This document shows positions 38,141 through 50,063 of a stretch of 64,000 nt of DNA, in pieces; the first letter of the stretch is position 1, and the number at the start of each line of letters is the position of its first letter. The notes under the pieces are model-generated. The model did not search any database. It was not told the DNA's origin and saw only the letters and a list, made by a program, of their open reading frames with translations. Source of the DNA: Lama glama (taxonomy: Eukaryota); the NCBI GenBank assembly GCA_028534125.1, contig CM052817.1:33234001-33298000 (forward strand). Direction: 5' to 3'. A program made the position numbers and the translations under genes.

Positions 38141-39334
38141 GAGCTGAGCAGGGAACGCTGCCCTGAGTCCTAGAGGAAGCTATCAGCAATTCTTGGCCAT
38201 AGATGGGGAAAAGAATCAAGACTAATAGAAAGGTAGATGCTTTTAAAAGCAAAATCAAATGCTAGGAACACAGTTTAGAAAATGCAAAGATATTTAGAGG
38301 TTTATACAAACAGAATGAAGGCCTCAATAGCTAAGAAGTTCCAGTATTGGAATTCTCAGCATATAATCTGATTCAAAGAACGAATGGTATTTGGGGAATT
38401 TGGGGCTCCACCATTTGTTTGTAAGCATTCCTTTATGTTGACAACTCTTGTTCTAAAATGTCCTGACATAAATAACACGAGAGAAATGGAAACCATTTCA
38501 ACAAATGGTAAATCAAAGAGAATTTTTCTCATCCAGAGCATAAGCATCAATGAGCTTTCACTGACATTCACTAATAAATGAAAAAATTAAAACACTGACA
38601 GGCCTAGGGCAGCTGATGGGGGGCAAGCAAAGGGATAAACTAGAAGTCCTACAGCTCCAGATGCTCCTTTCCCCTTCCTTCCCACCAGTTAAAAAAAAAA
38701 AGATACACAAGTGCTCGACAAGGAAAGTGTCCTCAGAGGCTTTACCAATCAGTCACCTTGGACCATTAGGGTTCTCCCCTTACCTGCCAGAAAGCATTGC
38801 TTATGGAAAACTTCTACTTCTCCTGTGACAAACATGGTCCTAAAAATCCACTGAAGACAGTCCTAAGTAACAGATACACTTATCCCACCAGTGCCATGTG
38901 ACCCACGTTGCAGCCTAGGGCAAAAGGAAACCTGAGTCCTAATATACACGTTTTGTGTATTTTTTAGTGGTTAAATTGTTTTTCGTAGATCATTAAGGTA
39001 GTTGGGGAAAAAAAAGTGAGAAACATGAAAACTACGTGTTTAAGCATACAGCATTATTTTGAATTTAAATATTTTACTTATACTAAAACCAGAATTTTTT
39101 CCTCCATAGTTTTACTTTCCTGGCTTTAAAGGAAACAAGGCCATCAGTACTGTTTTCCAAATCTATCTCTTTGCTTGTCTGATTTTCAGCTGAGGAAATT
39201 GCCAGGTTTGACTAATCATCTTGAATAATTTAAAATTTTTGATCTATTGTTTATCATGGATTTTTTGCATTAATTTTGGTTTTTTAAAATACTATTTTAA
39301 AATATTACTTATCGTGACTACTAAGTTTTTGGGG

Positions 39335-40205
39335 TTTTTTTAATTCAAGTATAGTCAATTTACTTGACTATAGTTTCTAGTGTACAGCATAGTGATTCAG
39401 TTATATGTATTCTTTTTCATATTCCTTTTCATTACAGTTTACTACAAGCCCAATACAGTTACCTGTGCTATATAGTAGGTCTTTGTTGTTTATTTATTCT
39501 GTACATTGTAGTTTGTATCTGTCAATCCTAAACACTCAATTTATCCCTCTCTTTTTGCTTTCCCCCCTAGTAACCATAAATTTGTTTTCTATGTCTGTGA
39601 GTTTCTTTCTGTTTCATAAATAAGTTCATTTGTAGATAAACAACAAGTTCATGCTGTATAGCGCAGGGAACTATATTTGATATCTTGTAATAATTTATGG
39701 TGAAAAAGAATATGAAAACGAATATATGTATGTTCCTGTATGACTGAAGCATTGTGCTGTACATCAGAAATTGACACAACATTGTAAACTGACTATACTT
39801 CCATAAAAATATATATACAAAAAAATGAAAAATAAAGAACCTATATACCAGGATATATTTTAAAAAGTTCATTTGTATCATATTTTAGATTCCACATATA
39901 AGTGATATCATATGGTATTTTTCTTTCTTTTTCTGGCTTACTTAGAATGACAATCTCCAGGTCCATCCATATCGCTGCAAATGGCATTAATTTCTTCTTT
40001 TTTATGGCTGAGTAGTATTCCATGGTATAAATATACCACAACTTCTTTATCCAGTCATCTGTCAATGGACATTTAGGTTGTTTCCATGTCTTGGCTATTA
40101 TACATAGTGCTGCTATGAACACTGGGGTTCATGTATCTTTTCAAATTAGAGTTTCCTTTGGATATATATATGCCCAGGAGTGGGATTGCTAGATCACGTG
40201 GTAAG
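39335..40205 (-). mobile_element. Lineage-specific L1 3' end (ORF2 C-terminus + 3' UTR), itself interrupted
   Basis: Minus-strand ORF [42 protein letters not shown] is the L1 ORF2 C-terminus; poly(T) at the left end. Confidence 0.92.
39635..39864 (+). mobile_element. 5'-truncated L1 3' end nested in the opposite-strand L1
   Basis: TSD aagttcatttgta at 39622-39634 and 39865-39877; body gataaacaacaag...aaattgacacaacattgtaaactgactatactt. Confidence 0.88.
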
Positions 40206-41444
40206 TCTTTACAAAATGCTTTTGGTGCCCCTTAAAATTTGTACCCAAAGGTAAGCACCTTACTTGCCTCACCTACTCAATGCCCTGCCACTGTTAATTT
40301 TAGAGACTTAGGTAAAGAGAATGGGGTGTCAAGGCTGTGATTAGGATCCAGCTCTGCATTAAACCACCTCTGTGGGTCTCCATCTTTTCCTTCCACCTGC
40401 CCTGGTTTCCAGCCAGGTGCAGTGGCAAAAGTGGAGAATTACAACCTTGTCACAGGTGTGCCACTAAATTTTAACCAAGGTGGAAATTAACTGTTGCTCT
40501 AGCTGATGGTTGTACTTGATAGAGGCGCCAGATGAGCAGTCTGCTGAAGGGTTCATGAGGCAAGAGGAAGAACTTTCAAAGGAGAGGGGAAAAGTGTAAT
40601 CTGAAGCCAAGTCCCCAAAATGATCACGAAACATTTGGATCCTGACAGAGCTTCTCTTCGTGAGTAGATAGGAGAGCCCAGTCAAGTGACATAAGCATTC
40701 TCTCCAGCAGGGACCCTGTGCAGACTGCAGCTGTACAAGCAGTGTGAGGCTCTGCACTCGGTTTGCTTTGTAATTTTTGCTGACTTATTTAATGTTGTTC
40801 AAAATCTTTAATCCCTTCAACCAACCTTAATGTTTTATCATGTGTCTCACACACATACAGACCAAGAATCCCTTAGTCTTTTACCTTCAAGAAACTGAAC
40901 TTAAGATGTTTTTGTTGTTGATGATGCATTAAAATTTGGGTGAAGCTACGCAGTGCAGAATGGCTTGCCAAGTTGCTTTCAAACAGGTCATTGAGGCCAC
41001 ACCTCAGTGCCAAGGTCACATTCACAGTCAGGCATGTCATCCCGAACCATGAAGGCCAGAGATACACCCATGGAGGACTAGGATGGACCAGTGCTGATTC
41101 ATTCTTCACACCAGTGGCCTTATCTCTCTTTCTAAAATGACTATCTGGCAGGCATGTTTGTCTCACCATTGCCCTGGCTCTAGCTTCAACTCCTAAATTA
41201 GATTATTGGGGGGGAAATAAATGCCAAAGTTAGGGTAAACTCTATCTCCTATTACACAAAGTGAATTTACAATTACATTTTAAATTATAGATAAACTGTG
41301 TGAGACTTGGAGGTATTAAAGTGCCATCAATTCTTTCATAAATATCAATTGTGAACTAAGGTATACAAGAAGATGGACCAATGCTCTGTGGTCTGTTCCT
41401 TAGCTTATAGACACATATGTAATGGGGAAAAATTAGGTGCTTTA

Positions 41445-42030
41445 CCAAGACATGGAAACAACCTAAATGTCCATTGACAGATGAAAGGATAAAGAAGATG
41501 TGGTATACATATACGATGGAATACTACTCAGCCATAAAAAGAATAAAATAATGCCATTTGCAGCAATATGGATGGACCTGGAGATTGTCATTCTAAGTGA
41601 AGTAAGCCAGAAAGAGAAAGACAAATACCATATGATATCACTTGTATGTGGATTCTAAAAAAAAAAAAAAAGACACAAATGAAATTATTTACAAAACAGA
41701 AACAGACTCACAGACATAGAGAACAAACTTATGGTAACCAGGGGGAATAGAGGTGAGAAAGGATAAACTGGGAGTTTGAGATTTGCAAATACTAACTACT
41801 ATATATAAAATAGATAAACAACAAGTTTCTTCTGTATAGCACAGGGAACTATATTGAATATCTTGTAGCAGTCTATAGTGAAAAAGAATATGAAAATGAA
41901 TATACTATATATATATATGACTGAATATATATAAATATATATATATATGACTGAAACGTTATGCTGTATACCTGAAATTGACACAACATTGTAAACTGAC
42001 TATACTTGAGTAAAAAGAATGCAAATTAAA
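41445..42030 (+). mobile_element. Lineage-specific 5'-truncated L1 with 17-bp TSD
   Basis: Encodes [46 protein letters not shown]. TSD aaaaattaggtgcttta at 41428-41444 and 42031-42047. Confidence 0.93.
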
Positions 42031-43354
42031 AAAAATTAGGTGCTTTAGAGACCTGAATAAGAGTCACACATCAGATTAAAAACTGTCTTTGGACCAAGAG
42101 CCTGGATTGGATATGGAGGCTGGGGAGGCAGGGGAGCCACATACGTTGCAGAGGAAAGGGAGAGGGACCAGAGGAAGGGCACGTGCTTATGGGCTGCTGC
42201 AAAGGTCAGGGTTAGCTCTGCTCCTACCTAATATCTCAATCAGTGGTCTTCCAGAGGGAGTAAGCAATTCACTAATACAGTCTGTGAATGACACTAGCCT
42301 GCACAGTGTTGCCAACACTAGAAAAGACAGAGAAAAAAATATATAAATGGCCTATGAAGAGGTTGAAATATGGCCGGGAAATTAAAGAATTGAACTAGAA
42401 GGAGACTGTGTAATACATCTGGAGTCAGTAACTGAGAACATAGATGCTCAGAAAGTGGGAAAAACAAGGGAAGCGTTAGGTGAAAGGAGTCCCAGGAGCT
42501 AGCCAATTAGATACAAGCTTTAGAAGTCAGGGATGGGCTTTCACAAGCCTGTTAGAGAGGAGCTTTTACTGCCTTTCCCCTGGGGTGTCACCACTGCACA
42601 CCTTTCAAACTCGGATTGGTTGGTAAGAACTCTGGCCCACAGAAGATGTCCTTCCATTTCCTGGTCTCCCAACATGGTGAAATGGAGCTGATCCCCTGCC
42701 AACAACAAAAATGAAGGCAGAGTATTTTGCACTGACCAAGGGCCCTTGGCCCTTGCAACCAGTTGTCACAGGGCCCTGGGCAGGCCTGGTGTCCAAGAAG
42801 AAGCAGGGTAAAGACAGACTGGCCTTCTGTCACCCAAGGCTGAAAAATATACTCAAGAAACACGTTTTTTTAACAGACATCCAAGATTTATGGAGGGAAG
42901 GACAAGGTGGAGGAAGATATTTGAATTCTCAAAATTTTTCTACTGCTTCAGTTCTACAGGTGTCCATGTATCACCTATTACATGCCTGACATTCGTCTTC
43001 ATTTCTGTGGGAATCCCCATAGGCAGTTCAATTTCACCTTCAATGAGTGTAAGTCTAATTAGGAAAATGGACCTTATATACAGAACAAAAGATAAAACAC
43101 TGCAAGAGAATACACAATGGTCATGGTCTTACAAAATAGCAGCCAGGGACAAGCATGGAGAGAAAGGAGCAAGGGAGCAGTGTAGTGTGGCCCAGGTCAA
43201 GTTCAAGGAATAGATGGTCCTCAGGGTGAATCATGAAATGGGACTTGGACAAGTGGGAAGAAATCCAGGTGAGAGGAAGAGCACTACACCCCCTGGTATC
43301 TGGTGTTCCCACATGATGACTTGTATTTGAGATTTTAAAATTATTGAGAAGCCA

Positions 43355-43850
43355 CAGGATTTTGAGTTGGGTAAGGATCTTAGATTCTCACCAAGTGCAG
43401 GGATCCTCTTTACAACATCCTGGAGGGCTCACCTACCAACTTCTGTTTGAAACACCTCCAATGATGGGAGCTCATGAGTTTGCCAACAGCTGAATGCCTC
43501 CCTCTTGTTAGTATGAACTTAGGGCATTGTTCTGTCTTGCAGTGGAAAATAGATCACATTTATCCCCTCATAACAGGACGCCTCCACCAAAGTAAAGATA
43601 GCACTGTGGTTTCTCTCTTGTCTTTCTGTCTCTGGTTCTTCCAGTTGTCTTCGTGGGTAGTCCAGGTGGTACTGAAGGGTCCACCTAGGATGCTCTCTAG
43701 TTTGTTAAGGTCCCATTGAAAACATGGCACTTGGAAGTGATAACTTACCCAAATGAGGTCTGCGCTCAGGGTTCAGTGGAATAATCACTTCCTTAATCAG
43801 GATACTACTTGTCTCTTAAAGCAACCTAAAATGACCTTTACTGATTTGCT
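43355..43850 (-). mobile_element. CR1/L3 LINE 3' region
   Basis: gatcctctttacaacatcc...ttctgtttgaaacacctccaatgatggggagctca (L3 3' end, reverse). Confidence 0.6.
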
Positions 43851-44079
43851 TTTTGTAGATAAATCATACAATTGACTAATAAAATTCAGTAGGTCTTTAG
43901 AATATAAAACACTTAACTATTGTGCTTTGAACAGAGGAATAAATAATGGTAGTGGTGAAGGCTACCAAGTCTAACTCTCCTTGCCTATATTTTGCCCAAT
44001 ATTTCAGCCTCCAAGTGGAAAAGAAATTACTCCAGAAGTAATGGGAGGGGCCTATGTGTAGGAATGTCACCTGGGGGGC

Positions 44080-44529
44080 TGTAGTGGGTAGAATGATAGC
44101 CCCAAAAGATATGCCCACATCCTAACCCCCAGAACCTGTGAATGTGACCATGTTAGAAAAAGGGTCTTTTAAGATGTAATTAAGTCAGAGATCTTGAGAT
44201 GAGATCATCCTGGATTATCTGATTTACCCAAACCCAATGACAAGTGTCTTTATAAGAGAGTAGAAGAGAAGACACAGGCACAGAGGAGAAGGTGATGTGA
44301 AGACAGAGATGGAGATTGGAGTGATGTAGCCACAAGCCTGGGATACCTGGAGGCACCACCAGCTGGAAGAGGCAAGGATTCTTTCCTGGAGCCTCTGGAG
44401 GAAGCAAGGCTCTGCCAACACCTTGATGTCAAACTTCTGGCCTCCAGAACTGTGAGGGAATAAATGTGTATTATTTGAAGCTCCCAAGTTTATGGTAATG
44501 TGTTACCGCAGCAATAGGAAACTAATAGA
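44080..44529 (+). mobile_element. MaLR solo LTR (MLT1C-like)
   Basis: tgtagtgggtagaatg...cccaaaagatatgcccacatcctaacccccagaacctgtgaatgtgacc...gagatgagatcatcctggatta...ggaaactaataga. Confidence 0.9.
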
Positions 44530-45540
44530 GGGGTATTCTCCCAGGAACTAGGTACCCATTTCCAATGACCTCTTCCAACGCCTCTCTACATGGTTTGGGG
44601 ACAATGTGTTGAGTTGCAGCCACTTAGACAGCTAGATACTTCGGGACAGCAGCTCTGCCCTAGTATAAAAATGTGGTAATTTTCTTTTAATTCATTGCTA
44701 AGTTACAACACAGATGTTTTCAGAGAGGACTGTTAAACCAAATTTGCTAGAGCCTCAAGGGGCAAAAAAAAAAGACTACAGAGAGAAGAGCTGATTTTGT
44801 GTGTGTGCCGTAGAAGACATAATACAAGCATAATGATGATACTTAACGAGGAGTTTGAAAACACCAGGTGATTCACCTATTAATGTGAGCAGGCAGGAGC
44901 CTAGACACGCAGCATACTGTTCAAAAAAGGCCATGTGACAGACAGACAGAAGCAGTCATAAGCAAGTTATGCAAATCATCTCAACAGATAGCGATGACAT
45001 ATTTAGACCTCACCGTCATGCGTATGCTGTTGCCACACACTAAGACACGAGGCTATTAAAGAAAATTCTTGGAGAGTTTCCATTCTGCTGTTGCTGAAGT
45101 CTTTTATGTCCCTGTGACAAATGCATCAAACACAAGAAGCAACTGAGAGTCACTGGAAAATAATGGTGGAATTTAAGTCCACACATTCCAAGTCACATAT
45201 TAGTGATGAGGAATAAAATGCCCCCGGTTAATTGGGACAGAACCTACTGCCACTATTAGAAGTGTATTGTCGATCCACCATGTCAAGGAGTGTGGCTCCC
45301 TGGAACAGGGGGAGAAGTTTTTCTAGAAAGGCAGACATGGAAGGGCAGGGGTGAAGAGAACAGGAATAAAAAAGACTGTCATAAAAACTGCAAACCTCAA
45401 ATTTAGAGGTCATCGTGTCTACTCTCTACCTGAATCCCAGAAATTCCTTCTCTCCCCTTCTTTTTAGAATAGAATATAAAATAAAACACAATGATTATTA
45501 CTATTTAATGAGCAGTTCACTAAGTGCAAGATACTATGCT

Positions 45541-45733
45541 GAGGGGGAGGGTATGGCTCAGTGGTAGAGCGCATGCCTAGCATGCACGAGGTCCTGGGTT
45601 CAATCCCCAGTACTGACATTTAAAAATAAATAAATAAATCTAATTACCTCCCCTCACAACAAAATTTTTAAAAATAAATAAAAATAAATTTTTAAAAAGT
45701 TGCAGTATAGAAAATAACATTTGTTTTAAAAAA
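45541..45733 (+). mobile_element. Camelid vic-1-type tRNA-Ala-derived SINE inserted in a MIR
   Basis: ggggagggtatggctcagtggtagagcgcatgcctagcatgcacgaggtcctgggttcaatccccagtac, with A box TGGCTCAGTGG, B box GTTCAATCC and A-rich tail. TSD aagatactatgct at 45528-45540 and 45734-45746. Confidence 0.9.
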
Positions 45734-46889
45734 AAGATACTATGCTAGATTCTTTCCATGTATTTTCTCATTAAATCCTAAGAATGATCCTTATGAGATC
45801 AGTGATATAATCTTTATTTTATAAATGAGTGGCATGTGCTACTAAAAAATCCCTCAAGTCTTCTTTGGCATTCATTCATTCCCTCACTCATACATTCATT
45901 CATTTAGTGAATAGGTACTGGATACCAAATATATCAAAACAATCACCTTCAGTGACAGGGAACTCAGTGCCCCAAAAGGCAACCTACTGGACTTTTGGAC
46001 AATTCTATTTCTTAGAAATTTCTTCCTTCTATTGATCTGAAATAGATCTCTGGGTAACTAAGCAAGGCCACTGTGGTGTCTACGTGCCCCTTAGAACAAA
46101 ACGAGATAAGAGGAAATGGTGACTGGAAGAAGTTAATAGGGGACAACCAACATTTTCTGTTTCTGATTTCAGCTCAGTGCAGTTTTTGTGCTTAGCAACT
46201 TGTATGGTTTTCATGTAAATCTTTAGTCTTTGGGGAGGATAGACAGTTAAATCCCATTAACCCAGAAAGGGTGATGTAGTTTCAAATGGTTATGAAAAGC
46301 CCTTGATACTTTGGAGGTACTGTCAGAGGACAATCAAGTTGCCACCCACATAAAAGTGAGTCTACGTGATGCCAGCACATAAATATCAGGAATAGCTGGG
46401 TACCACCAGGAAGTCCATGAATAGCAAGGCACTGAGGAGGACACATTTTAGAGCCGCCTTCATCCGATCCCTCTTGGCAGCATCTTACCAAATGGCCTTT
46501 TAAGTAGTCAGAATCCTAGCAAACTCTGTTTTCTCTACTTTAAGTGAGGAATTCAAATCTAAAAAGGAGACACTACTGGAAGCCAGGAAGCCAGGAATCC
46601 CTGCTCCAGGAAAACCCACTGGTTACTTACATCATAGAATCCTGCTGCTCACAGTTCTGCCAAGGACCAGGTATTTCAACTGGCAGCTACATTCCCCTGG
46701 AACTCCAAGATCATCCCTGTCACCAGGTTTTCCTTCTGAGCCTTTGGGAGCCTTTCGGGAAACCTGTTTTCCTCAGAGACTTTTTGGCCCTCAAATTACT
46801 ACTGTTTCTATCATTATTGTATCCAAACTTCAACGTGACCTAAGAAGTCTAGCTGTCCCCAATATAATGATTGTTTCCTATAGTAACAC

Positions 46890-47320
46890 AAGACTTACCA
46901 TTTATTGAGCACTTACTATATACAGGCACTTTACATGAAACCATTTCAGTTATTCCTCACAACAGCACTGGTTTTCGTGAATATTCCGTTTTCCAGATGA
47001 CGAAACCAAGACAGGGAGATATTAACTTACTTATTTAGCTTGGCAATTGCACGGTGGAACTGGATCTCAAACCCAGATCGGACTGATTCTACCCACTATG
47101 CCTTCTTTTCAAGAAAATAATACGAATGATAGCTGGCACTGTGCCAAGGGCTATTGTAAGCACTTTATACATTTCAACTCATTTCAACTTCACAATAAGC
47201 CTATTTTACAGCTGAGGTAAAGTGAGGTTAAATAACCCAGCCCAGGTCACACAGCTCATACAAGGTGGAGATGGGTTTTAAACCCAGGGATTCTGGTGGC
47301 AGAGACCACACCACTGTTTT
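46890..47320 (-). mobile_element. Two adjacent MIR SINEs
   Basis: ccatttattgagcacttactat...ttccagatgacgaaacc and ttttacagctgagg...ggttaaataacccagcccaggtcacacagct. Confidence 0.75.
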
Positions 47321-47909
47321 AAAGCAGCAGCACCATTCCACCTAGAATTAAATAAATAAGGCTAATATTTCCAAGTGAGGCATTGCCCACTTCCCTGCAG
47401 TCAACCTAATGTGCATCTAGCTTCTGTTACGGGACCCACGGAGGTGTGAAGTACACCATGTCAGCATCCCTTTGCAGGGAAAAGGTAAACACGGAAACTG
47501 ATGGACAGGGAGGTTGAGGTGCTTCCCTGGGTTCCCCTAAGCAAGCTAGTAGTCAGTTCAAGGTTACAAACCCCTGGCCTCAATCCACTAGGCTGTTACA
47601 TTGCTTGTAAATGATGAAAAGATGCCTTATCTTTTCAGGATGGGCTGAGACCTGGAGAAGGTCCCAGGGCCCTGGAAACACACCTGCTCTCATGCAATGG
47701 CTCAAGGTCATCAAAGGGCATAGGACAGTCCATTAGGGAGACAATCATAGCCAAAGGACACACAAGTCTCCCTTCCTCAGTACAGGGCAGACTCCAAACT
47801 GGCAGCCTCCTTCTCCCAGGAACTTGGCCTGCCAGCTCACCAGGCTGCGGTGAAGGGTGTTTATCTGCAAGATTGGAGGAGACCAAGCACCAGTCTGCCC
47901 TGGAGATAG

Positions 47910-48409
47910 NNNNNNNNNNNNNNNNNNNNNNNNNNNNNNNNNNNNNNNNNNNNNNNNNNNNNNNNNNNNNNNNNNNNNNNNNNNNNNNNNNNNNNNNNNN
48001 NNNNNNNNNNNNNNNNNNNNNNNNNNNNNNNNNNNNNNNNNNNNNNNNNNNNNNNNNNNNNNNNNNNNNNNNNNNNNNNNNNNNNNNNNNNNNNNNNNNN
48101 NNNNNNNNNNNNNNNNNNNNNNNNNNNNNNNNNNNNNNNNNNNNNNNNNNNNNNNNNNNNNNNNNNNNNNNNNNNNNNNNNNNNNNNNNNNNNNNNNNNN
48201 NNNNNNNNNNNNNNNNNNNNNNNNNNNNNNNNNNNNNNNNNNNNNNNNNNNNNNNNNNNNNNNNNNNNNNNNNNNNNNNNNNNNNNNNNNNNNNNNNNNN
48301 NNNNNNNNNNNNNNNNNNNNNNNNNNNNNNNNNNNNNNNNNNNNNNNNNNNNNNNNNNNNNNNNNNNNNNNNNNNNNNNNNNNNNNNNNNNNNNNNNNNN
48401 NNNNNNNNN
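47910..48409. other. Assembly gap (500 N)
   Basis: Exactly 500 N. Confidence 1.
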
Positions 48410-48522
48410 GTTTGTGATTCGGTAAGTCTGGAGTGGAGCCTGAGAGTTTGCATGGCAAACATGTTTACAGGTGATGCAAATGCAAGTGGTCTGGGGACCA
48501 CACTTTGAGAACCATTGGTCTA
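48410..48522 (+). mobile_element. MER5A hAT element (truncated by gap)
   Basis: gattcggtaagtctggagtggagcctgaga...caggtgatgc...ggtctggggaccacactttgagaaccattg. Confidence 0.8.
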
Positions 48523-48984
48523 GAGGAGACCACTGATTGCTTTCTACCAAGTAGTGTTATGAGATAGAGGAAGTTAATGGCTTAAAAGCATGGACCCTAA
48601 GCTGTGGAATCTCAGGCAGATTATTGAACCTCTCCAGGCCTCAGAGTGTTCATCCACAAAATGAAAATGGCAATTACAGCACCTACCCCCAAGGGCCAGT
48701 ATGAGGATCCAATGAGCGAATAGATATAAAACCATCGGGAATTGCCAATAAGTACTAACGGTTATTGCTAAAGGAGCTCACCTCACTTGCTGATGGCACA
48801 GAGAGACTAAAACAGCTTTTTAGCAAAGCTGCAATGTGTTTCTTTATAAGTCAACTTGACAAATATGAGCTGAATCCCTAATCTTTTAAATCTGGAGGAA
48901 TATCATAGCCCCAGTTGCATTTTTGTAACCACAGTTTTAATATTTTTTAATCTTTAAAACATTGACTCATGTTTGTTAAAAAAT

Positions 48985-49705
48985 GTATGCTTCACACCCA
49001 TTGGGATGATTATAATAAAAAAGACAGATATTAACAGATGTTGGTGGAATTGGAACCTTCATACTCTGCTGGTGGAAGCGTAAAATGGTGCAACCACTTT
49101 GGAAAACAGTTTGGCAGTTCCTTAAAAAGTTCAACACAGAGTTACCATGTGACCCAGCAATTCCATTCCTGGGTATATACCTAGTAGAACTGAAAACATA
49201 TATTTTCACAGAAATGTTCACATGGATGTTCATGACAACATCGTTCATTACTAGTAGCCAAAATATGAAAAGAACCCAATGTCCTATCAGTTGATGAATA
49301 CCTAAACAAAACGTGGTCTATATGTGTACGGTGGGCTAACATTCAACCATAAAAAGGAGTGAAGCATTAACTCATGCTACAACATGGATAAAACTTGAAA
49401 ACATTATGCTAAGTGAAAGCAGTCTGATGCAGAAGGCCGCATATGGTATGAGTCCATTTACATCAAATGTCCAGAGAGACAGAACGCAGCTTAGTGGTCA
49501 CCAGGGCTGGGGAAAGAAGGAAATGGGGAGTGACTGATAATGGCATGGCATTTCTTTGGGGATGATGAAAATGTTCTGGAATTAGATATTGGTGATAGAG
49601 CGTGGTGATGCACAGTCTTGTGAAGATACTAAAAACCACAGAATTATATGCTTAAGAGGATGAATTTTATAGTGTGTGAATTATATCTTAAAGTAAAACA
49701 AAAAT
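48985..49705 (+). mobile_element. L1MB-type ORF2 C-terminus and 3' UTR
   Basis: ORF MVQPLWKTVWQFLKKFNTELPCDPAIPFLGIY is L1 ORF2; 3' UTR gatgatgaaaatgttctggaattagat. Confidence 0.92.
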
Positions 49706-49751
49706 TTTAAGAACCTATAATCCTACTTGGAGAGAATAACATGTTTATCTT

Positions 49752-50063
49752 AGACTTGCACCATCCAATAAGGTAGCCACTAGCCACGTGTGGCTCTTGA
49801 GTTCTTGAAATGTAGCCAGTCCAACTTGAACTGTGCTGTAAGTGTGAAACAGACACTGGATTCAAAGACAGTTAAAAAAAAGAATGTTCATTATCTAAAT
49901 ACATTTTTAACATTAAAATGATATTATTTGGGGCTATATTTAGTTAAATAAAACATAATATTAAAATTAACATACCTGTTGATTTTTACTTTAAAAAAAG
50001 CGGTCACTAGAAAATGAAAAATTCTGTATGTGGTTTGCATGATCCTTCTATTGGCCAGCTCTG
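49752..50063 (+). mobile_element. MER33/MER3-type hAT-Charlie element
   Basis: tccaataaggtagccactagccacgtgtggctcttgag...ttaaataaaacataatattaaaattaa...tatgtggtttgcat...ttctattggccagc. Confidence 0.8.

Larger units (their letters stand above)
39225..40290 (-). mobile_element. MER96B-like hAT element split by L1 insertions
   Basis: Left part catggattttttgcattaattttg...gtgactactaagttttt and right part ttttggtgccccttaaaatttgtaccc...ttgcctcaccta join into one element. Confidence 0.6.

Noticed and set aside
39841..40122. 93-aa ORF as a host gene
   Set aside because: L1 ORF2 C-terminal remnant.
45543..45618. Functional tRNA-Ala(AGC) gene
   Set aside because: The acceptor stem is disrupted, and the A-rich tail and TSD mark it as a SINE.
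47635..48550. Long ORFs across the second gap
   Set aside because: Artefacts of N runs.
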